NCBI RefSeq assembly: GCF_000011325.1
Contig: NC_003450.3
Span: forward strand, 480,001 to 512,000
Direction of reading: 5' to 3'
Length of the DNA: 32,000 nt
Source of the DNA: Corynebacterium glutamicum ATCC 13032
GTDB lineage: Bacteria > Actinomycetota > Actinomycetes > Mycobacteriales > Mycobacteriaceae
The notes under the pieces were generated by a model. That model was not told the origin of the DNA and ran no database searches. It was given only the letters and a program-made list of their open reading frames with translations. Of this stretch, positions 25,698-32,000 are shown in pieces. Numbering within the stretch: the stretch's first letter is position 1; each line of letters starts with the position of its first letter. A program made the translations under genes and the position numbers.

Positions 25698-27650
25698 ATG
25701 CTGGTCAGGGACATTTTTATGGGTGATAATGGGGTTATGAATAAAAAACTTAATACCCCAAATCCCTGGATGTTATTCATCCGCTCATTTGATGGCATCA
25801 TCACTGTCGCAGCCCTTGTTGCCATCGCAATACATCTCATTTTATGGCTGGCTCTAGATCTAGATGGCCTTGCTAAAAACTGGCCTTTAATAGCCATCGT
25901 TATCGTAGGTGGCATTCCGTTGATGTGGGATGTGCTGAAATCAGCCATTAAAACTCGCGGTGGCGCGGATACTTTAGCAGCAGTCTCCATCATTACTTCT
26001 GTGTTGTTAGGGGAGTGGTTGGTTGCCGCGATCATCGTGCTCATGCTCTCTGGTGGTGAAGCGCTAGAAGAGGCAGCATCACGGCGAGCCAGTGGCACCT
26101 TGGACGCACTTGCCCGGCGCGCACCAAGTACAGCTCACCGCCTGTTGGGTGCAACCATTCTTGATGGAACCGAAGAGATCGCCGTGGAAGAGATCACGGT
26201 TGGTGATTTAGTGGCGGTGCTCCCGCATGAACTTTGTCCCGTGGATGGTGAAATCGTGGCAGGCCACGGCACCATGGATGAGTCTTATCTCACGGGTGAG
26301 CCCTATGTGGTGAGTAAATCTAAAGGTTCGCAAGCAATGTCGGGTGCAGTCAATGGTGATACTCCGCTGACGATTGTTGCCACAAAGCTTGCCCATGATT
26401 CCAGATACGCCCAAATTGTTGGTGTACTCCATGAAGCAGAAAACAACCGCCCAGAAATGCGCAGGATGGCTGACCGTCTTGGCGCGTGGTATACGGTGAT
26501 TGCACTTGCCCTCGGTGGTCTTGGCTGGATTGTCTCCGGCGACCCAGTGAGGTTCTTGGCTGTTGTCGTTGTCGCCACCCCATGTCCATTGCTCATTGCA
26601 GTGCCAGTGGCGATCATCGGTGCGATTTCTCTTGCGGCTCGTCGGGGCATCATCGTGAAGAACCCTGGAATGCTGGAAAACGCTTCAGGAGTAAAGACAG
26701 TGATGTTCGATAAGACTGGAACGCTCACCTATGGCAGGCCAGTGATTACTGATATCCACACTGCTCCCGGAGTTGAGGAAGATACAGTCCTAGCTTTGGC
26801 TGCTTCAGTAGAGCGCTACTCCAGACACCCGTTGGCTGACGCGATTCGTGAGGGCGCAAAAGCCAGGGAACTTCATCTGCCTGATGTAGTGGAAGTATCG
26901 GAACGTCCAGGACAGGGACTAACCGGCACGGTGGGCGAGCACCTGGTTCGAATAACCAATAGGCGCAGCACACTAGAAATTGATCCAGACAGCAAGAACT
27001 ACATTCCGGTGACAAGTTCCGGCATGGAATCTGTGGTGCTTGTTGATGATAAATATGCAGCACTCATTCGCCTCCGGGATGAACCTCGTGCATCTGCCAG
27101 TGAGTTCATCGCGCACTTGCCCAAGAAGCACAAAGTGGACAAGCTCATGATTATCTCTGGTGATCGCGCATCTGAGGTTCGTTACCTTGCGGACAAGGTT
27201 GGCATTGATGAGGTACACGCAGAGGCCTCACCGGAAGACAAGCTGAACATTGTTAATCGGCATAATGAGCACGGCGCCACCATGTTCTTAGGTGATGGAA
27301 TCAACGATGCGCCAGCCATGGCCGTTGCCACCGTTGGTGTCGCGATGGGAGCAGACTCCGATGTCACGTCCGAAGCAGCAGATGCTGTGATTTTGGATTC
27401 TTCCCTGGAACGTCTCGACGATCTGCTCCACATCAGTGCACGGATGCGTCGAATAGCGTTGCAATCTGCGGGCGGTGGCATGGCGTTGAGTGTCATAGGA
27501 ATGATCCTCGCGGTATTTGGATTCTTGACGCCACTGATGGGTGCGATCTTCCAAGAGGTCATTGACGTGCTGGCTATCCTCAATTCCGCTCGGGTCGCAC
27601 TGCCACGCGGAGCGATTAGTGATTTTGATACGCAAGAAAAAGTTTCTTAG
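25698..27650 (+). CDS. P1B-type heavy-metal ATPase with a TPCP transmembrane motif and no N-terminal metal-binding domain
   Basis: TGEP, DKTGTLT and GDGINDAPA motifs are present. TM6 reads VVATPCPLLIA (26577-26588). The final TM reads FQEVIDVLAILNSAR. There is no CxxC domain. Alternative starts lie at 25719 and 25737. Confidence 0.9.
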   Translation: MLVRDIFMGDNGVMNKKLNTPNPWMLFIRSFDGIITVAALVAIAIHLILWLALDLDGLAKNWPLIAIVIVGGIPLMWDVLKSAIKTRGGADTLAAVSIITSVLLGEWLVAAIIVLMLSGGEALEEAASRRASGTLDALARRAPSTAHRLLGATILDGTEEIAVEEITVGDLVAVLPHELCPVDGEIVAGHGTMDESYLTGEPYVVSKSKGSQAMSGAVNGDTPLTIVATKLAHDSRYAQIVGVLHEAENNRPEMRRMADRLGAWYTVIALALGGLGWIVSGDPVRFLAVVVVATPCPLLIAVPVAIIGAISLAARRGIIVKNPGMLENASGVKTVMFDKTGTLTYGRPVITDIHTAPGVEEDTVLALAASVERYSRHPLADAIREGAKARELHLPDVVEVSERPGQGLTGTVGEHLVRITNRRSTLEIDPDSKNYIPVTSSGMESVVLVDDKYAALIRLRDEPRASASEFIAHLPKKHKVDKLMIISGDRASEVRYLADKVGIDEVHAEASPEDKLNIVNRHNEHGATMFLGDGINDAPAMAVATVGVAMGADSDVTSEAADAVILDSSLERLDDLLHISARMRRIALQSAGGGMALSVIGMILAVFGFLTPLMGAIFQEVIDVLAILNSARVALPRGAISDFDTQEKVS

Positions 27651-27668
27651 CAGGGTAACCTAAATGTC

Positions 27669-29084
27669 GTGACATTTCGAGGCGGAAACACTGGCGCAAA
27701 GCACGCGGTCGTTGTTGGTTCTGGCCCCAATGGGTTGACCACGGCGGCGGTGCTGGCCAAAGCAGGTTGGCAAGTAGATGTGTATGAGGCGGCGCCAACC
27801 CCTGGAGGGGCGGCGCGCTCAGAAAGCGTTCTGGGGGAGGGGACTATCAGCGATTTGGGTGCCGCAGGGCATCCTTTCGGGGTGGCAAGCCCAGCTTTTC
27901 ACTATTTGGGTCTGGAAGATCACGGCCTGGAATGGGCGTATTCTCCCTTTGCGATGGCCCACCCGTTAGATTATGGCAGGGCCGGACTGCTGGAAACGTC
28001 ACTCCCAGAGACCGCCAAAAAGCTTGGACCTGATGCACGTCGTTGGAAGAATTTGCACCAGGGCTTAACCAAAAACATTGATAAACACTTGGCCAATCTA
28101 TTAGGGCCGGTGCTGAAATGGCCAGCACATCCGATTCGGATGGCAAAGTTTGGCCCATTTGCGTTGCTGCCCGCGAAACGTCTAGCCAGTGCCGCTTTTG
28201 AAACAGAAGAAGCCCGATCCCTGTTTATCGGTTCGGCGATGCACTCGGTGACTCCACCACACAAGCCGATGACCGCATCACTTGGATTGCTTTTTGGCGC
28301 TCTGGGGATGTCGCGAGGATGGCCGGTTGCAGTTGGGGGAAGCGGACGGATCGTCGATGCTCTGGTCAATGTCATAAACCATCACGGTGGCACCATTCAC
28401 TGCGATTCACAGATTGATTCCCTCTCACAATTCCGCGACACCGATGCCATTATTCTGAACCAAACCCCCTCACAGGTGCTGAAACTCAAAGGAACTGACC
28501 TTAATGCAGGGCTTCCGCAACGCATGAGCACCTGGAAACACGGACCAAGTTCCTACAAAGTGGACTACCTCCTCGACGGACCAATTCCCTGGAGCAATCC
28601 CCAGGTAGGCCAGGCCACAACCGTCCATGTGGGCGGAAGCTCTGAGGAAATCGCTTTCGCAGAAGCAGAAGTCGCAGCGGGGCGGATGCCCGAACGCCCG
28701 TTTATCATTTTGTGCCAACAACAAGTGGCGGATCCTTCACGCGCCCGGGAGGGGCGCCACGTCGTGTGGGCCTACGCGCATGTGCCGCGGGGTTTCGTCG
28801 ATAAGCGAGCTGCTTTATTAATCACTGCGCAGATTGAACGCTTCGCCCCCGGTTTCCGTGATCGCATCGTGCATTCAGTGGATACCAACGCGGAGGATTT
28901 AGAGGCGTGGAACCCCAATCTTGTTGGCGGAGACATCACCGCAGGGTCCGCGCTGCTTCGGCGAATGCCGACCAAAATCGGCGAGAAAACGTACATGGCA
29001 TCCGCCTCCAACGCGCCGGGCGGGGGAGTCCACGGAATGCCCGGCTGGTGGGCAGCGCAAGCCGTTTTAGCAGATCACAGGTAG
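27669..29084 (+). CDS. NAD(P)/FAD-dependent oxidoreductase, phytoene-desaturase-related (COG1233-like)
   Basis: VVVGSGPNGLTTAAVLAKAG...YEAAPTPGGAARS dinucleotide-binding N-terminus, 471 aa. The GTG lies 18 nt after the ATPase stop. Confidence 0.8.
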   Translation: MTFRGGNTGAKHAVVVGSGPNGLTTAAVLAKAGWQVDVYEAAPTPGGAARSESVLGEGTISDLGAAGHPFGVASPAFHYLGLEDHGLEWAYSPFAMAHPLDYGRAGLLETSLPETAKKLGPDARRWKNLHQGLTKNIDKHLANLLGPVLKWPAHPIRMAKFGPFALLPAKRLASAAFETEEARSLFIGSAMHSVTPPHKPMTASLGLLFGALGMSRGWPVAVGGSGRIVDALVNVINHHGGTIHCDSQIDSLSQFRDTDAIILNQTPSQVLKLKGTDLNAGLPQRMSTWKHGPSSYKVDYLLDGPIPWSNPQVGQATTVHVGGSSEEIAFAEAEVAAGRMPERPFIILCQQQVADPSRAREGRHVVWAYAHVPRGFVDKRAALLITAQIERFAPGFRDRIVHSVDTNAEDLEAWNPNLVGGDITAGSALLRRMPTKIGEKTYMASASNAPGGGVHGMPGWWAAQAVLADHR

Positions 29085-29093
29085 AATTGCGAC

Positions 29094-29699
29094 ATGGAGC
29101 CCACCGTAAAAGCCAGCGCGCGCCACACCATCCACGTCACCGCCGACACCTGGCGCATCCGCCTGAGTGCCTCAGCCCACTCACACCCCAACGACGCGTA
29201 CGCGCGCCGGGCTACGGCAATTTCCGCCATAGGCAGCGTGCTTATCGACGTCCCCCTCCAAGGCGAACGCATCTCTGAATCCACTGCATACGACGGCCAA
29301 ATCAACGCCGACTGGAACGCAGAAGTCACCGGCACCGATGTGAACATCGCACGCGACATCATCTCCCGGCTCGCAGCGGTGCCAGACGTTCAAGTCGACG
29401 GCCCGTTGTGGTCCTTGAGTGACAGTTTGGCTGCAGAGGCTGCTGTGGAGGCATTGCAAGGTGCTGCCGACACTGCGCGGAACACCGCGACCGCCATCGC
29501 AGAATCCCTCGGCGGGCAGCTAGGTGCACTTCTCTACGCAACAACCGACACCCACAGCTCCACACCGATACCAGCACGCGCAGAAATGATGGCAGCAAAA
29601 GCCTCCATACCACCGCGCACACTCGACCTAGAACTCGCCCCCTCTGACATCGAAGTCACCAAAGAAATCGCCGTGACCTTTGAATTCCTTGCAGGCTAA
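29094..29699 (+). CDS. SIMPL/DUF541-like protein
   Basis: 201 aa with a composition and C-terminal pattern (LELAPSDIEVTKEIAVTFEF) reminiscent of SIMPL-domain proteins. It starts 9 nt after the upstream stop. The family call was made by eye only. Confidence 0.6.
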   Translation: MEPTVKASARHTIHVTADTWRIRLSASAHSHPNDAYARRATAISAIGSVLIDVPLQGERISESTAYDGQINADWNAEVTGTDVNIARDIISRLAAVPDVQVDGPLWSLSDSLAAEAAVEALQGAADTARNTATAIAESLGGQLGALLYATTDTHSSTPIPARAEMMAAKASIPPRTLDLELAPSDIEVTKEIAVTFEFLAG

Positions 29700-29899
29700 A
29701 CCGCGATTTGGTATTTCGGCCGATCCTGCCCTAAAGTAATAGACCGAAGTTTGAACGATCGGCCACGCGCCAGATCGAGCTCAAGGTTCACCGAAGACCG
29801 TAGGTCATCCGCATGACGGATCGAAGGTTTCCTACCCTTAGGAACGGCCCACGCAGGAGACACTTGAACGCCTTAGATTCCTTATGTGGAATGTATAGC

Positions 29900-29928
29900 G
29901 CCCTGTGCTCTTGCACGGGGCTTTTCTC
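29900..29928 (+). promoter_or_regulatory. Terminator/attenuator hairpin ~70 nt upstream of rplJ
   Basis: GCCCTGTGC (29900-29908)-TCTT-GCACGGGGC (29913-29921) followed by TTTTCTC. It is either the terminator of the upstream trio or an rplJ-leader attenuator. Confidence 0.5.
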
Positions 29929-29997
29929 ATTGGTTTATTGACCGTGTGAAAGCTCCGCGGATCAGTAGATTACACATAAGAGGAAGGAGGCGAAGTA

Positions 29998-30513
29998 ATG
30001 GCAAACCCAAGAAACGAAGCAGCTCTGGCAGAGCTCAAGGCACGTTTCGCTGAGACCGACACCGTCGTTCTCACCGAGTACCGTGGCCTGACCGTGGCTC
30101 AGACCACCGAACTGCGTAAGGCACTGGGCTTCGATGTCCAGTACTCCGTCGCCAAGAACACCCTTGTTAAGATCGCCGCTAACGAAGCTGGCGTCGAGGG
30201 CCTTGATGATCTCCTGACCGGTCCAACCGCTGTTGCCTTCATCAAGGGCGAAGCAGTTGACACCGCTAAGGTGCTGAAGAAATTCGGCGAAGAAAACAAG
30301 GCATTCGTAGTCAAGGGTGGCTACATGGATGGCAACGCGCTGACCGCTGAACAGGTCAACGCAATCGCCGAGCTGGACAACCGTGAGACCACTCTCGCGA
30401 AGCTTGCCGGCGCCATGAAGGGCAGCTTGGCAAAGGCCGCAGGCCTGTTCAACGCTCCTGCTTCCCAGGTCGCACGCCTCGCCGTTGCGCTCCAGGACAA
30501 GAAGGACGCATAA
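29998..30513 (+). CDS. rplJ: 50S ribosomal protein L10
   Basis: 171 aa with canonical L10 sequence and a strong SD (AGGAAGGAGG). Confidence 0.97.
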   Translation: MANPRNEAALAELKARFAETDTVVLTEYRGLTVAQTTELRKALGFDVQYSVAKNTLVKIAANEAGVEGLDDLLTGPTAVAFIKGEAVDTAKVLKKFGEENKAFVVKGGYMDGNALTAEQVNAIAELDNRETTLAKLAGAMKGSLAKAAGLFNAPASQVARLAVALQDKKDA

Positions 30514-30590
30514 GTCGCCACCAGGCGCACCAGTTTTACCCCAAACTTTTTCGAGCGTGTTAAACGCTCAACAACAGGAAGGATGCCACC

Positions 30591-30977
30591 ATGGCTAAGC
30601 TCACCAAAGACGAGCTCATCGAGGCTTTCAAGGAAATGACCCTCATCGAGCTCTCCGAGTTCGTTAAGGAATTCGAAGAGGTCTTCGACGTAACCGCAGC
30701 TGCTCCAGTTGCAGTTGCTGCTGCAGGCGCTGCAGGCGGCGAAGCTGCTGCTGCAGAAGAGAAGGACGAGTTCGACGTCGTTCTCGAAGACGCAGGCGCA
30801 AAGAAGATCGGCGTCATCAAGGCTGTCCGCGAGCTCGTCTCCGGCCTGGGCCTGAAGGAAGCAAAGGAGCTCGTTGAGGGCGCACCTAAGGCTATCCTCG
30901 AGGGCGCAAACAAGGACGACGCTGAGGCTGCAAAGGCTAAGCTCGAAGAGGCTGGCGCAAAGGTCACCCTTAAGTAA
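30591..30977 (+). CDS. rplL: 50S ribosomal protein L7/L12
   Basis: 128 aa with an Ala-rich hinge and the conserved C-terminal domain ([28 protein letters not shown]). Confidence 0.97.
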   Translation: MAKLTKDELIEAFKEMTLIELSEFVKEFEEVFDVTAAAPVAVAAAGAAGGEAAAAEEKDEFDVVLEDAGAKKIGVIKAVRELVSGLGLKEAKELVEGAPKAILEGANKDDAEAAKAKLEEAGAKVTLK

Positions 30978-30997
30978 GAACTTTCTTACACCTTTTC

Positions 30998-31037
30998 AAA
31001 ACCCCACACCCTGGACTCGATCCAGGGGTGGGGTTTT
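30998..31037 (+). terminator. Terminator after rplL
   Basis: CCCCACACCCTGGA pairs with TCCAGGGGTGGGG (one bulged A), flanked by A/T-runs and followed by TTTTG. Confidence 0.8.
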
Positions 31038-31046
31038 GTGCTGTCT

Positions 31047-31083
31047 GGGGTGGGTTTGGGTTGGGTTTTGGGGTTTGTTGGGG
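31047..31083 (+). other. G-tract array (potential G-quadruplex motif)
   Basis: GGGG-T-GGG-TTT-GGG-TT-GGG-TTTT-GGGG-TTTGTT-GGGG, read directly from the sequence. Confidence 0.6.
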
Positions 31084-31095
31084 TCGGCGGTGTCT

Positions 31096-31406
31096 TAAGT
31101 TCGATTTCACGGTAGCGGTTTCTCAACTACGGTTTCGCGGGCTCAATTTCTTAAGAGCGATTTCACTCGGTTTTTGGTGGTTTTGCGAATGGTCTCGAAG
31201 GTAAGAAATTGGATTTGAGAAATTGTATTTGAGGTATCGAACTTAAGTGGGGGAGTCCTTCGCCTCGATATGGCTGCAGCAGTCCTATTGCTCGACTTCG
31301 CGTGTGCTGACTTCTCATGCTCAACTTCTCGTCATACGACTTCAGTAGGAAATCCTGACGGCGCCGACGGAAGTCGACCACGTGAAGTCGAGTGTGTGAA
31401 GTCGCC
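31096..31406. repeat. Copy B of the ~310-bp dispersed modular repeat
   Basis: Collinear with 15390-15700 at offset 15706: 8 mismatches in the first 272 nt, then a tail that is conserved only in its cores. Confidence 0.9.
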
Positions 31407-31535
31407 CTTTAAGGCCCGTAAAGCACTCCACAACACTTCACGGCAGGCCGTAATTTCCCTGTGAGGTACTTTCTTGCAAGTTGTAGCGCACCGCCGATAC
31501 CAATGCCTGGCGGGTGCTCCGGTAACATCGTCCGC

Positions 31536-32000
31536 ATGCTGCCTAAATCCCGGATTTTCTCCGCAATCTTGCTCGGAATTGGTGTGGCACTTGTGGTCTG
31601 GGGTCTGGTGGCTCCGCGCTTTGTGCACGCTGATGGCCGTTTGCCTCTTGATTTGGAGGCGACGACGTACGTTCTCCATGACTCTGACGCTCAGACCACT
31701 ATTAATTCTGATCCGTTGGCCGGTGTGGTGACTACGCCGGTGACTCGTCAGTTGCATTTTGAGGTGATGGATCCGGCGAGTGCTGATGATGCCACTATTC
31801 GTATTGGTGATTCGATGTTGCGTGGTAATCCTGATACTCAGGGTTTTGAGCAGGAACGGCTCCTGTCAGCGACTGTGTCGAGTTTCCGCATTGATCGCAC
31901 CTCTGGTGAGGTTTTGTCCGATATTGCGCTGACTAATCAGTTGGCGAGCCCTACGGTGCAGTATTCGGTGGATGGCATTTGGTTGAAGTTCCCAACTGAC
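31536..32000 (+). CDS. Membrane-anchored protein, DUF3068-like, N-terminal 155 codons (runs off the window end)
   Basis: This edge-open frame is absent from the track. It reads MLPKSRIFSAILLGIGVALVVWGLVAPRFVHADGRLPLDLEATTYVL... An N-terminal TM helix followed by KxPLDL resembles Corynebacteriales DUF3068 proteins. The family call was made by eye. Confidence 0.7.
   Translation, partial: MLPKSRIFSAILLGIGVALVVWGLVAPRFVHADGRLPLDLEATTYVLHDSDAQTTINSDPLAGVVTTPVTRQLHFEVMDPASADDATIRIGDSMLRGNPDTQGFEQERLLSATVSSFRIDRTSGEVLSDIALTNQLASPTVQYSVDGIWLKFPTD

Noticed and set aside
1-32000. Search for transposases, integrases, phage genes, toxin-antitoxin pairs or defence-system genes
   Set aside because: None of the ORFs of 60 aa or more shows motifs of these classes. 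The only mobile-element-like signal is the non-coding modular repeat, which has no associated enzyme gene in this window.

Overview
This is a high-GC actinobacterial chromosome segment. Its gene content and order match Corynebacterium glutamicum or a very close relative; this is recognised from memory, no search was run.

Gene order, left to right:
- amidohydrolase, hotdog thioesterase and a decayed TetR-like gene (minus strand)
- pitA with a translationally coupled small membrane protein (minus strand)
- a ~1.2 kb AT-rich gap holding only broken ORFs
- a menaquinone cluster: menB, menC, menD, a DUF3592-like membrane protein, the GT4 mannosyltransferase mgtA, an APC permease, menG, a MenJ-like reductase and a polyprenyl-diphosphate synthase
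- a tRNA cluster: Tyr, Thr, Thr, Met, Trp
- secE, nusG, rplK-rplA
- a ~10 kb block: gabR (PucR-type), gabT-gabD-gabP, then a tightly packed P1B-ATPase / FAD-oxidoreductase / SIMPL trio
- rplJ-rplL
- the start of a DUF3068-like membrane protein

No CRISPR array, transposase or prophage genes were seen.

The most unusual signal is non-coding. A ~310 bp element occurs twice (15390-15700 and 31096-31406). The two copies are ~97% identical over 272 bp with no indels. The element is built from 14-15 bp periodic modules with a 7-bp core (CGRTTTC / CGACTTC and its complement) arranged in blocks of alternating orientation. It also carries nested inverted repeats and is strongly enriched for the palindrome CTTAAG. 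I do not recognise it as a described repeat family.

Other points worth a second look:
- a probable ATT start codon, with a perfect SD and an overlapping uORF, for the permease
- a TPCP-motif (P1B-5-like) ATPase in an apparent three-gene operon
- a tandem duplication of tRNA-Thr
- a telomere-like G-quadruplex motif
- two decayed genes

All homology calls rest on motif recognition by eye and remembered synteny.
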